DNA from: Candidatus Poribacteria bacterium
GTDB taxonomy: Bacteria > Poribacteria > WGA-4E > WGA-3G
Length of the DNA: 64,000 bases
Assembly (NCBI GenBank): GCA_963666175.2
Contig: CAXXTN010000007.1
Coordinates: 15,041-79,040 of the forward strand
Direction: 5' to 3'
This document shows positions 37,136 through 47,134 of the stretch, one piece after another. Below the pieces are notes generated by a model. That model ran no database searches, was not told where the DNA came from, and saw nothing but the letters and a program-made list of their open reading frames with translations. Position numbers and translations under genes: made by a program. Each line of letters begins with the position of its first letter. Position 1 is the stretch's first letter.

Positions 37136-37501
37136 ATGCCATTAAAGACTTTAAAAGAACTTGTTGCAGAAGCAAAAGATAATGTTGGACACATTTCACC
37201 TGATGAACTTACGGATGCAGGCGAGTCCGTCATCCTTATTGATGTTCGGGATGAACCAGACTATGAAGAAGAACATCTACCAAATGCTGTCTCACTCCCT
37301 CGCGGTTATCTTGAACTTGACATTGATGAGATAACAACTGATGAGAACACGCATATTGTAACCTATTGTGGTGGTGGAACTCGTGCTACCCTATCTGCAA
37401 ACACCTTAAAAAACATGGGTTATGAGAATGTCTCAGTACTAACAGGAGGCTTTCGGGGTTGGAAATCATCAGGACTACCAACTGAAAAATCTGATATCTA
37501 A
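37136..37501 (+). CDS. Rhodanese-domain sulfurtransferase
   Basis: The start MPLKTLKEL is preceded by GGAGG. The single rhodanese domain has the active-site loop YCGGGTRA. Confidence 0.8.
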   Translation: MPLKTLKELVAEAKDNVGHISPDELTDAGESVILIDVRDEPDYEEEHLPNAVSLPRGYLELDIDEITTDENTHIVTYCGGGTRATLSANTLKNMGYENVSVLTGGFRGWKSSGLPTEKSDI

Positions 37502-37607
37502 CAATCTATATGTGTAGATTAGCATAAATCAATTGCCCTGTCAATTTCAGGATTATTGGTATTCTGAACGTTTCGCATCTATGATATGAACGTCCACAAA
37601 CTTTTAC

Positions 37608-38696
37608 ATGGATACTTTGGAGGCTTATATGCCATACATATCAAAATCTTATCTCTATTTACGTTATACCGTCAATTCTTTACTAATTATATGTATGATT
37701 GTTTCGCTATTACTGATAAGTAGTTGTAGTGATCAAAAACAACAGCTGAACGTCTTTACATGGTCTGGCTACGTCAATGATGAGATACGAACTGGATTTG
37801 AAAAGGAATTTGGTGTTAAAGTTGTTGTTGACACCTATGCTACAAACGAAGATCTTCTTGCTAAATTATCGGTTGGTGCTTCAGGATACGATATCATTAT
37901 GCCATCAGATTATATGGTTTCTATCATGATTAAATCAAATCTGTTAGCTGAGTTAAATCGAGATAATATCCCTAATTTTGATTCTATCAGTCCCGATTAC
38001 CTTGACAAGTACTTTGATCCTGAAAACCGTTATTCAGTTCCTTACACATTTGGCACAGCAGGAATCGCTTATGATTCAGATGTAGTTTCTCCCGCACCTG
38101 ATAGCTGGACAGTACTATGGAATGAAAAATATAAGAATCAATTCAGTATTCTTGATGACCCGCGTGAAACACCTGGATTAGCATTAAAAATGCTTGGATA
38201 TAGTCTCAATACAACCGATCCAGAAGAACTAAATCAAGCTAAAGAGAAATTAATTGAGCAAAAACCACTTGTAAAACAATACAAGAATGAGGCTGAAGAA
38301 CTTCTTATAGCAGGAGAAGTTGTAATGGCACACTGTTGGAGCGGTGATGCATTTCGCGCTGCAGCAGAACGTCCCTCTCTACGTTATGTAATTCCTAAAG
38401 AGGGGTCAAGTCAATTCATTGATAATGTCTGTATTCCAAAATCTGCACCAAATAAAGACCTTGCTGAAAAGTTTGTCAACTACCTTCTTCGTCCAGAGAT
38501 CAATGCAAGTGTATCTGCATTTACCAAGTATGGCACTTGTGTTCCTGCGGCTAAGGAACACCTACCCGATGAAATACTAAAACACGAATTTATCTATCCA
38601 TCTGTCGAAGTGTTGCAATCCCTTGAATGGATAAAAGACCTTGGAGATTTCTCAACCCAATACAGTCGCGCATGGGAGGAAATAAAGGCGAAATAA
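37608..38696 (+). CDS. Spermidine/putrescine ABC-transporter substrate-binding lipoprotein (PotD/PotF-like), orphan
   Basis: Lipobox LLISSC. LNVFTWSGYV...FEKEFGVKVVVDTYATNEDLLAKL..GASGYDIIMPSDYMV is the classic PotD N-terminus. No permease or ATPase genes are adjacent. Confidence 0.8.
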   Translation: MDTLEAYMPYISKSYLYLRYTVNSLLIICMIVSLLLISSCSDQKQQLNVFTWSGYVNDEIRTGFEKEFGVKVVVDTYATNEDLLAKLSVGASGYDIIMPSDYMVSIMIKSNLLAELNRDNIPNFDSISPDYLDKYFDPENRYSVPYTFGTAGIAYDSDVVSPAPDSWTVLWNEKYKNQFSILDDPRETPGLALKMLGYSLNTTDPEELNQAKEKLIEQKPLVKQYKNEAEELLIAGEVVMAHCWSGDAFRAAAERPSLRYVIPKEGSSQFIDNVCIPKSAPNKDLAEKFVNYLLRPEINASVSAFTKYGTCVPAAKEHLPDEILKHEFIYPSVEVLQSLEWIKDLGDFSTQYSRAWEEIKAK

Positions 38697-39065
38697 TTCA
38701 TTTTTAACAAACAATCCTTGTAGATTGAGTCTGTACAATCATCATACTCAATCTCTATCGCCTCTCAGAGATATTAAATTGTTGAGATTCTGTATTTTCT
38801 GAATCACAGATTTATGCCGATTGCACCAAATCAACGGTATAAATGTATTTGCGATATACTTCGGGAACCTCTTGCTATAATATTGAGACAGAATTTTGCG
38901 AATAGCTTCAAATAGTCTATGAAAAATAGGTTAAGTCATCCATAGTTTTCTGAAATATTTTGGACATGTGAAAAAAGCGAGAATAACATAAAACAAAATC
39001 GTCCAGGCAATGAAATCCAGAGGTACTCAATTGGTAAATAATTGCGCATCTTGATATAAACCTAG

Positions 39066-39165
39066 TAGGTTGGGTAGAGGAACGAAACCAATGGGGTAGA
39101 GAAATGAAACCAAACATGTTTGGATTTTCAAAGAAATGTTGGGATTCGTTCCGCTACCTAACCTA
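39066..39165. repeat. ~100-nt long hairpin repeat (GTAG-headed arms)
   Basis: The arms taggttgggtagaggaacgaaacc and gggattcgttccgctacctaaccta are inverted complements. The centre holds the perfect palindrome ccaaacatgtttgg. Confidence 0.6.
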
Positions 39166-39208
39166 AAGACTTGACAATTGAATGTCTCTGCTATGAAATA
39201 TGAATTTC

Positions 39209-39237
39209 TTTCTTATTATGAAATAGTATGGTATAAT
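39209..39237 (+). promoter_or_regulatory. Candidate extended -10 promoter for lysC
   Basis: TGgTATAAT at 39229-39237, with a weak -35 (tttctt) 17 nt upstream. It is compatible only with the downstream TTG start at 39276. Confidence 0.3.
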
Positions 39238-39275
39238 TGTTCTTAATAACATACATAATTTATGGAGGATTTGGA

Positions 39276-40640
39276 TTGATAAAAGTATCAAAGTTTGGCG
39301 GGAGTTCTCTCGCCAAAGGAGAGCAGATTCGTCAAGTCTGCGACATCATCACCGATGACCCTGCACGCAGAATAGTCGTTGTATCAGCACCCGGAAAACG
39401 ACACGACAATGACATCAAAGTCACCGACCTGCTTATTGCAGCTGCCTCTCAACGATTGATGGGAAAGATCGGTGCATCCGAATGTGCAGAAGTTATTGAA
39501 CGTTACCGTAATATTGCTATTGAATTGGAACTTCCCTCAGAGATTATTGAAGCTATAGCACACGACTTCACCGAACGTCTTGAGGGCAACACAGATGATG
39601 CGGATCTTTATATGGATACGATGAAGGCGGGTGGCGAAGATAATTGTGCCCGTTTGATTGCTCAGGTGTTGCAGTCACGTGAGGTTGAAGCACATTATGT
39701 AAATCCGAAAGATGCTGGACTACTCCTTTCAGATGAACCGGGGAATGCACATGTACTACCAGAAGCATATAACCGTTTGCGTACGTTAAATGAACGTCAA
39801 GGTATAACCATTTTTCCAGGCTTTTTCGGTTATTCAAATGACGGACACATTGTAACTTTCTCTCGTGGTGGTTCTGACATTACAGGAGCAATTCTCGCCA
39901 GTGCCGTTCGTGCAGAAGTATATGAGAATTTCACAGATGTTGACTCTGTGTTCGCAGCAAATCCATCTATTATATCAGATCCTGCCGCAATTTCAGAACT
40001 TACCTACCGTGAAATGCGCGAGTTATCTTATGCAGGATTCTCTGTGTTTCACGATGAAGCACTTGAACCTGTTTATCGTGCTATGGTGCCTGTCCACATC
40101 CGTAATACAAATAATCCTGAAGCTGCTGGCACACTGATTATTCCTGAATGTAACTCAAGGAAAACCCCAGTTGTCGGCATCGCAGCAATGAGCAATGTCT
40201 GTTGTGTATATCTCAGCAAATATCTGATGAATCGTCAGATAGGATTCGGAAGACGTTTATTACAGATATTGGAAGCAGAAAACATCTCTTTTGAACATGT
40301 TCCATCAGGTATTGACAACATGTCAGTTATCATACGCGAAGAGAACCTACCATCAGAAAAAGAGAAACGTGTTGTAGAAAAGATAAGACAAACACTTGCA
40401 CCAGAAGATGTCTCTGTTCAACGAGGATTATCTCTCATCATGGTTGTTGGTGAAGGGATGCAGCATACTGTTGGAGTAGCCGCGCAGGCAACCTGTGCCT
40501 TAGCAAGGTCTGATGTTAATATAGAAATTATCAACCAAGGTTCAAATGAAGTCAGTATGATGTTCGGTGTAAAGTCATCTGATATGGAAGTTGCAGTTCA
40601 AGCACTCTACAAGGAATTTTTTGATGGTCATAACAGTTAA
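39276..40640 (+). CDS. lysC: Aspartate kinase
   Basis: (L)IKVSKFGGSSLA with GGAGGA 8 nt upstream of the TTG. Also present are VVVVSAPG, FPGFFGYS..G.IVTFSRGGSD and C-terminal ACT-type repeats. Confidence 0.85.
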   Translation: MIKVSKFGGSSLAKGEQIRQVCDIITDDPARRIVVVSAPGKRHDNDIKVTDLLIAAASQRLMGKIGASECAEVIERYRNIAIELELPSEIIEAIAHDFTERLEGNTDDADLYMDTMKAGGEDNCARLIAQVLQSREVEAHYVNPKDAGLLLSDEPGNAHVLPEAYNRLRTLNERQGITIFPGFFGYSNDGHIVTFSRGGSDITGAILASAVRAEVYENFTDVDSVFAANPSIISDPAAISELTYREMRELSYAGFSVFHDEALEPVYRAMVPVHIRNTNNPEAAGTLIIPECNSRKTPVVGIAAMSNVCCVYLSKYLMNRQIGFGRRLLQILEAENISFEHVPSGIDNMSVIIREENLPSEKEKRVVEKIRQTLAPEDVSVQRGLSLIMVVGEGMQHTVGVAAQATCALARSDVNIEIINQGSNEVSMMFGVKSSDMEVAVQALYKEFFDGHNS

Positions 40641-41448
40641 ACCAAAAGAATTATCTGCGGGTAAACTCTCAGATAAACATGTCAAACAAGCCATTGAAGC
40701 GATCCTTATTGATGGGTATGTTGTTCTGGAGAACATTATCAAACATGAACATTTGGATATCTTGAGGGAACGCATGGATGCCGATTCGCAAAAGTTGATA
40801 AAAGCTGGAAAATGGGGTGGGGCAGGAATGCTCAAAGGACATCTACAACAGGGACCTCCACCGTTTGCTCCTTATATTTTTAGCGACATTGTTGCGAATC
40901 CCTATGTCATACAGGTGACAAAGGAATTGCTTGGAGAGGGAGTCTACAACAATTTTTACAACGGAAACACGAATTGTCCAGGTAGTGGCATACAACCGCT
41001 TCATCGAGATAGTGATCATTTGTGGCAAAATCAGGAAGTTGCTCATCCAACGGCTGAGGTTGTTGTGAATATATCTCCTCAGGATACAACGGAGGAAAAT
41101 GGGAGTGTAGAGTTGTGGCCGGGTTCGCATCTGGATGTGAGTGGCAGACATATTGATGATGACCATGAAGCTGAACGTCGTGAAACAGCACCACCGATAC
41201 GGGGAAGTGCGAAAAAAGGGAGCGTATTAATACGCGATATGCGTCTTTGGCATAGAGGTGTACCGAACTGTTCTGACGAACCACGACATATGATTGCGAT
41301 GATTCACCGAATCCGCTGGCTCCGTTCAGGGAGACGCTTAAAGTATCAAACTGGATGTGAAAAAGCATTTGAGAACAGTGAACTTGATCATAATGCCGAA
41401 TTTGTTGATGAGAAATTGGATGACTATCTCTTCACTCCTAAATTCTAA
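40624..41448 (+). CDS. Phytanoyl-CoA dioxygenase (PhyH)-family 2OG-Fe(II) oxygenase
   Basis: Contains the HxD motif PLHRDSD, GSVELWPGSH and the distal His in RLWHRGVPN. The start is either M at 40591 or, as I prefer, 40624. Either start overlaps the 3' end of lysC. Confidence 0.75.
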   Translation: MVITVKPKELSAGKLSDKHVKQAIEAILIDGYVVLENIIKHEHLDILRERMDADSQKLIKAGKWGGAGMLKGHLQQGPPPFAPYIFSDIVANPYVIQVTKELLGEGVYNNFYNGNTNCPGSGIQPLHRDSDHLWQNQEVAHPTAEVVVNISPQDTTEENGSVELWPGSHLDVSGRHIDDDHEAERRETAPPIRGSAKKGSVLIRDMRLWHRGVPNCSDEPRHMIAMIHRIRWLRSGRRLKYQTGCEKAFENSELDHNAEFVDEKLDDYLFTPKF

Positions 41449-41475
41449 GTAATTGACAACCATGAGGTATAGACG

Positions 41476-43974
41476 ATGAGAAGATTCGGAACTCAAGGTC
41501 CTGTTAATTCTCAAGAACACTATGTAGTGTCACGTAGTAATGAACTTGCTGATTACATTGACCGTGTGAAACAAGGCAGATACATCGTACTTTTTGCTCC
41601 ACGTCAAAGTGGAAAGACGACATTCTTCAAAGACGCACTCAAGGTGCTTTCGGAAGAAAACGAATCTTTTTTTCCAATTCAACTCAATTTTGAGATTTAT
41701 AAAAATTGTTCACCCGAAGTATTCTATCAGGATATACTTGAAGACATTCGTGAAGAAATTCAAACGATCTATAGTAAACGGGGTGTTAATCATTCATCTA
41801 AACTTATAGAATATTTTGAGAGTACACAATTAACGAACCATATTGATTTTGGTCGTTTTCTTAGACAATTAGCTAATTTTCTCATACAAGAGTCAGATGC
41901 ATCTATAATTCCGCGTGTTGTTATAATAATCGACGAATTTGATGGAATACCACAAACTGTTGTGAGCGACTTTCTACATACACTCCGAAGGATTTATCTT
42001 TCTGATAGAGTGGTTCGCTCCCCGTATAGTGTTGGTATTGTCGGTGTAAAGAGCATTACACAACTGAACTATGATCGCTCTGTTTCACCATTTAATATTC
42101 AAGACGAGTTCACGTTACCAAACTTTTCACATCAACAGGTACGTGAATTGTTCGGTCAATATACGGATGAAGTTGGACAATTAATTGCTCCAGATGTCTT
42201 GGAGTTACTTCATAAACAGACCTCTGGACAACCCTTTCTCGTTAATCGACTTGCTCAGATTCTAACTGAGGATCTTGATATTGCAAAGAGCGATACAATT
42301 GAGATATCACACTTTCTGCAAGCACACGCTATTCTCCTTGAAGAACGAAACACAAACATAGACCATCTGACAACAAATATTCGTAGGGATCGTAAGTATG
42401 AATCGATGTTGATGGAAATAGCTTTTTCTGATGATGGAAAACGATTTAACTTACGAAATGAGACTATTAGTGATCTTGTAACATACGGTGTCATAAAAAA
42501 AGGTGAAGATGGACTATGTGAAATATTAAATCCGATTTATCTGTATTGTATTATTCAAACATTTCAACCACCTGGAAATGGTCTTGAAAGTGAATATTTC
42601 TCTGATGACGGTCCATTAGATTTTACTGGATATTTGACTTCATCTGGGAAGATACAGATGGATGCATTGATAGACAATTTCATTGCGCGTGTTGGATATA
42701 AAATACTACAAGTTCCAGATACACCACAAGAATTTGTTGGACAATATTTGCTTTCAGCGTATTTAGACCAGTTTGTTCAGACAGTAGGTGCATCAATTCG
42801 TTTAGAAGTTCAGACAGGGAGAGGTCGAGCAGACATTGTCGTCTCTCATAACGGTGATCAATATATCATTGAAACAAAGGTATGGCGAAGCGAACGACGT
42901 TATGAATTAGGAAAACAGCAACTTGCAGAATATATGAAATTGGAAAATACTACGCAAGGTTACTATGTAGTATTTGACCATCGTGAGAACCCAAGTCCCT
43001 TAGTTGAAACTGACACCATGGATGACTTGACCATTCGGAGTTATGTAATTCCAGTTCTACAAAAGCCGCCTTCCCAACATCTTTCTGAACAGCAATTCTC
43101 GTATTTAAGTCAGGAAACACAAGATTTGGTGACGAGTATGAAATATGAAACAAACTGGCTGCCTGCTGAACCCGATCTTAAAACAGTTTGTAAAAACTAT
43201 GAAGACCCAATCTATTCCCTTTCACAAGCAGAGATTCCTGCAATTATCCTTCGTAATGCCTATTCACCAGAACAATGTGCAGGTCTTATAAATCGCTTTA
43301 CCAATATGGGATTGATGCGAGATGAAGCTGATATGAACTCAGCAGACAAACGGACGAGAATTGATATTGGAACAAGCCTTGGTAATCGAGGAAACGACAA
43401 AGAAGATTTTTTGGCACACGCGAAAGCCACACACCATCTTTTTAAACATATGTTTGATGGATTTGCCAATCCAGTTGACCTGATTTATGAATCACTTGCA
43501 GCACTTTCTCCAGGAAAGGATGTAAAGGTTGCACGTGAAGAAGATGGTTCTCTCTATGGTCCTGCCATCTTTCGCGTTCATTATGAAACGCATAGTTACA
43601 AACCACACATTGACAGCGTAAAATATCGCGAACAACGAACTGATTATGCTGTCTATCGTTTTGAACACCAATTCGCGGGTGTTTTGTGTATTCAAAATGC
43701 AGATGCAAATGGGAAAGGAACTCAAGCCATATTACACCGTTGTCTATGGTCAGAAGCTGTTCAACCTTACATTGCTGAAGAAACATTCGACCAATATGCT
43801 GCTGAGAATAGTATAGAGAACTGTCAAGTTGATTTGAAACAGGGTGATCTCTACTTTTTCAATACACGATGTATCCACGAAGTTCCTGCTGTTCAAGGAA
43901 CTCGCGCCAGAATTGTTTTGGCAGTATTTATCGGTTATTCTCCTGATGAAGACGAAATCTATGTTTGGTCGTGA
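41476..43974 (+). CDS. Fusion protein: AAA_35/ORC-like P-loop ATPase + PD-(D/E)XK nuclease-like domain + 2OG-Fe(II) dioxygenase-like domain
   Basis: Walker A is APRQSGKTT (aa 41-49) and Walker B is VVIIIDEFD. SGQPFLVNRL resembles the TGGHPYLV motif of AAA-like domain proteins. GRGRADIVVSHNGDQYIIETKVW (aa ~448-470) fits the D...ExK nuclease core. The C-terminal domain has H-I-D (aa 711-713), CIHEV (H801) and RARIVLAVF. Confidence 0.8.
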   Translation: MRRFGTQGPVNSQEHYVVSRSNELADYIDRVKQGRYIVLFAPRQSGKTTFFKDALKVLSEENESFFPIQLNFEIYKNCSPEVFYQDILEDIREEIQTIYSKRGVNHSSKLIEYFESTQLTNHIDFGRFLRQLANFLIQESDASIIPRVVIIIDEFDGIPQTVVSDFLHTLRRIYLSDRVVRSPYSVGIVGVKSITQLNYDRSVSPFNIQDEFTLPNFSHQQVRELFGQYTDEVGQLIAPDVLELLHKQTSGQPFLVNRLAQILTEDLDIAKSDTIEISHFLQAHAILLEERNTNIDHLTTNIRRDRKYESMLMEIAFSDDGKRFNLRNETISDLVTYGVIKKGEDGLCEILNPIYLYCIIQTFQPPGNGLESEYFSDDGPLDFTGYLTSSGKIQMDALIDNFIARVGYKILQVPDTPQEFVGQYLLSAYLDQFVQTVGASIRLEVQTGRGRADIVVSHNGDQYIIETKVWRSERRYELGKQQLAEYMKLENTTQGYYVVFDHRENPSPLVETDTMDDLTIRSYVIPVLQKPPSQHLSEQQFSYLSQETQDLVTSMKYETNWLPAEPDLKTVCKNYEDPIYSLSQAEIPAIILRNAYSPEQCAGLINRFTNMGLMRDEADMNSADKRTRIDIGTSLGNRGNDKEDFLAHAKATHHLFKHMFDGFANPVDLIYESLAALSPGKDVKVAREEDGSLYGPAIFRVHYETHSYKPHIDSVKYREQRTDYAVYRFEHQFAGVLCIQNADANGKGTQAILHRCLWSEAVQPYIAEETFDQYAAENSIENCQVDLKQGDLYFFNTRCIHEVPAVQGTRARIVLAVFIGYSPDEDEIYVWS

Positions 43975-44137
43975 CACAACGTCTTATGGCTATCAATTTT
44001 CAGACGACTAAGATTCAAACAATAGAGACCTTCCCGTCATTGAATGACCTTCAAGTACATAATACTTCTTAAAGGACATTATCAAATGCTAAACCCCAAC
44101 TCTATTTGGAATAATACAGAAAAGGATATCCTCCATA

Positions 44138-47026
44138 ATGAAAATAGATAGAATAGTTTCTTTGCTAATTTTACTTACTATTTCACCACTATTCCTGACT
44201 AACGTCATTGCTCAAACTTCAAGTCAATTTAATCTACCTGAGAATGCAACTGCACGACTTGGTAAAGGTAGGTTGAGTGAAGTCGAATATTCTCCAGACG
44301 GTTCACATTTGGCAGTGGTCAGTTCCATCGGTATTTGGCTCTATGATACACAAACTTATACAGAAACAGCACTACTTACAGGAGATACTGAGACAGTCTA
44401 TTGTGTTGCTTTCAGTTCAGATAGTCAAACGCTTGCAAGTGGCAATGGTGATGGTTCTATATTACTCTGGGATGTTTCTACAGGTACAAATCTACATACA
44501 TTTACAGGACACACGGATGTTGTCTTAAGCGTAGCATTTAGTTCGGATGGACAGACTCTTGCAAGTGGTAGCGGTGATGGGACAATACGACTTTGGAATT
44601 ATTCAACACGCGAATATCAGAGAACACTTTCTGGACATTTTGATTCAGTTACAAGTGTAGTGTTCAGTTCAGGAGGGACAACGCTTGCAAGTGGAAGTTT
44701 GGATACATCTGTTCAGATATGGGATGTTGCCACAGGAGAACAGGAACACGTTCTTATTGGTCATGAAGATTCTATATATAGTGTCGCCTTCAGTCCAACT
44801 GAATCGACCCTGGCAAGTGCGAGTCGTGATGGAACAATCCGGTTGTGGTATACTGCCTTTGGTGTATTAAAGCAGACATTAATCGGACATGAAAGTTCTG
44901 TATATGATGTTGCATATAGTCCCAATGGCAATACAATTGCCAGTAGTAGTGCTGATGGATCTGTACTTTTGTGGGATTCCGTTTCTGGTCAAGCACAACA
45001 AGCCCTTATTGGTCATACTCACGTTGTGCTGAGCGTTGCATTCAATTCCACTGGCGGAACGATAGCCAGTGGTGGCGCAGATGGGACTGTCCGATTATGG
45101 GATGCAACCTTTGGTGGACAACGACAAGCACTTACTGGATATACAAGTTATATCTTAGATACTGCCTTTAGTACCGATGGTAGTACAATTGCAAGTAGTG
45201 GATCGGATGCTGCAATTAATTTGTGGAATGCAAATACAGGTCAACATAACCAGGAATTGTTAGGACATGAGGATTGGATTTGGAGTATTGTATATAGTCC
45301 TGATGGTAGCACAATTGCAAGTGGTAGTGATGACGGCACAATACGGTTATGGGATAGCTCCACAGGTGAACCTCAGAGAACTTTTGAAGGACATACAGAT
45401 TGGGTCTGGAGTGTAGCATATAGTCCTGATGGTAGCACAATTGCAAGTGGTAGTGAAGATGGGACAATACGGCTATGGGATGCAGTCCTGGGTGGTAACA
45501 TCATGACACTTGATGAACAGGGTGGCTCAATACTTAGCGTCGCATTTAGTCCCGATGGTAAAATGATTGCAAGTGGCAGTACCGATGAAACAATACGATT
45601 ATGGGATGCAGTTACTGGTGAACTTAAACAGACGTTTATTGGACATACGGATTATGTCAGAAGTGTTGCATTTAGTCCCAATGGAAATATCCTAGCAAGT
45701 GGGAGCGATGATGGTACTGTGCGACTATGGGATACTATTTTTGGTGTAGAATTGGAGAGATTTACTGAACATACAGGTTTAGTCTGGAGTGTAGCATTTA
45801 ATAGTAGTGGTGATATTCTTGCAAGTGGCAGTAACGACAGGACTGTTCGCCTATGGGATACTATATCTGGTCAACTCCTACAGACTTTAACAGGACATAC
45901 AAGTGGTATATTAAGTGTTGCATTTAACCCAAGTGGAAACACGCTTGCAAGTGCAAGTTCTGATGGCACAGTCCTTGTATGGAATTATACGCCACCCTTA
46001 ACCTCATATCCTACTGTAAATCTTTCTCCAACTCCCGTACAATCCTCAGCGATCGGTGGACTCTTAACATTCAATCTCAATATAGAAGATGCAGGAAGTA
46101 TTTTTGGATATCAAGCAACCATCAGATATGATGAATCCGCATTGCGTTATGTAAGTAGTTCAAATTCAGATTTCCTTGCATTTGGAGCCTATTCTGTCTC
46201 ACCTATAATTCAAGACAATTCTGTCACAATTGCTGCAACATCTCTTGGTGGACAAAGTTTTGGTGCAGGGACATTGGCTAGTCTTACATTTGAAGTGGTA
46301 TCCCTAAAGCCCTCCACAATAACTGTTTCTAAGGTTAGATTGACTGACTTCTCAGGGAAAGTATATTACGCTAGGGTTGGTGTGGCACAGATAACTGAAC
46401 CTATGCGGCAACAAGGTGACCTAAATGGTGATGGCGTTGTGAACATTCAAGATTTGACTTTAGTTGCATCAAACTTTTCACAGGAGGGAGAAAATCTGGC
46501 AGATGTCAATGGTGACGGTATTGTTGATATTGTGGACCTAACAATTGTAGCCGCAGCAATGGTTTCTTCTACTCCAGCTGCACCCGAAAAATGGATGGAC
46601 GGTGTTGAGTATACTCTTACAAGATCAGAAGTGCAAGCGTGGTTGGATGAAGCAAAACAATTGACATTGACAGATCCTACTTTTCAACGCGGTATTTTAG
46701 TCTTGGAACAACTACTTGTAGTATTAACACCGGAAAAAACTATCCTGTTACCAAACTTCCCGAATCCATTCAATCCTGAAACTTGGATTCCATACCAACT
46801 GTCTGAATCCGCAGCTGTGGCTATCCAGATCTATGCTACGGATGGACATTTGATACGCACATTAGATATTGGTAATCAATCTGCTGGACATTATCAACAC
46901 AAGGATAATGCAGCGTATTGGGATGGAACAAACAACTTAGGTGAACTCGTTTCAAGCGGTGTTTATTATTATACATTAACTGCTGGAAAGTATACTGCAA
47001 CCCGTAAAATGTTGATTTTGAAATAA
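44138..47026 (+). CDS. Secreted multi-WD40 protein with cohesin-like domain, dockerin pair and T9SS-type CTD
   Basis: 962 aa with a signal peptide and about 14 WD40 units. The cohesin-like segment at ~46015-46395 reads LTFNLNIEDAGSIFGYQATIRYDESALRYV...GAGTLASLTFEVVS. Then come DLNGDGVVNIQDLTLV / DVNGDGIVDIVDLTIV and NFPNPFNPETWIPYQL...YTATRKMLILK. Confidence 0.9.
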   Translation: MKIDRIVSLLILLTISPLFLTNVIAQTSSQFNLPENATARLGKGRLSEVEYSPDGSHLAVVSSIGIWLYDTQTYTETALLTGDTETVYCVAFSSDSQTLASGNGDGSILLWDVSTGTNLHTFTGHTDVVLSVAFSSDGQTLASGSGDGTIRLWNYSTREYQRTLSGHFDSVTSVVFSSGGTTLASGSLDTSVQIWDVATGEQEHVLIGHEDSIYSVAFSPTESTLASASRDGTIRLWYTAFGVLKQTLIGHESSVYDVAYSPNGNTIASSSADGSVLLWDSVSGQAQQALIGHTHVVLSVAFNSTGGTIASGGADGTVRLWDATFGGQRQALTGYTSYILDTAFSTDGSTIASSGSDAAINLWNANTGQHNQELLGHEDWIWSIVYSPDGSTIASGSDDGTIRLWDSSTGEPQRTFEGHTDWVWSVAYSPDGSTIASGSEDGTIRLWDAVLGGNIMTLDEQGGSILSVAFSPDGKMIASGSTDETIRLWDAVTGELKQTFIGHTDYVRSVAFSPNGNILASGSDDGTVRLWDTIFGVELERFTEHTGLVWSVAFNSSGDILASGSNDRTVRLWDTISGQLLQTLTGHTSGILSVAFNPSGNTLASASSDGTVLVWNYTPPLTSYPTVNLSPTPVQSSAIGGLLTFNLNIEDAGSIFGYQATIRYDESALRYVSSSNSDFLAFGAYSVSPIIQDNSVTIAATSLGGQSFGAGTLASLTFEVVSLKPSTITVSKVRLTDFSGKVYYARVGVAQITEPMRQQGDLNGDGVVNIQDLTLVASNFSQEGENLADVNGDGIVDIVDLTIVAAAMVSSTPAAPEKWMDGVEYTLTRSEVQAWLDEAKQLTLTDPTFQRGILVLEQLLVVLTPEKTILLPNFPNPFNPETWIPYQLSESAAVAIQIYATDGHLIRTLDIGNQSAGHYQHKDNAAYWDGTNNLGELVSSGVYYYTLTAGKYTATRKMLILK

Positions 47027-47134
47027 GTAATTCTCAAATCTATGGGCAATGTATGAAAGTAGGATTATTCATTGCCAGGGTTATTTAGAATTTGGTCATT
47101 CTTGTGTTTTTTCACAAATGCTAAACGCTCCAAA

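Noticed and set aside
38917-39117. 66-aa minus-strand ORF in the potD-lysC intergenic region.
   Set aside because: It overlaps the long hairpin repeat, has no RBS or homology pattern, and has a composition typical of noncoding AT-rich DNA.
39276-41448. Aspartokinase followed by a PhyH-type hydroxylase, reminiscent of ectoine clusters (ask_ect with ectD).
   Set aside because: No ectA, ectB or ectC genes are nearby. The oxygenase lacks the EctD signature as I remember it (F.WHSDFETWH.EDG). The adjacency is better explained by linkage to the downstream fusion gene.
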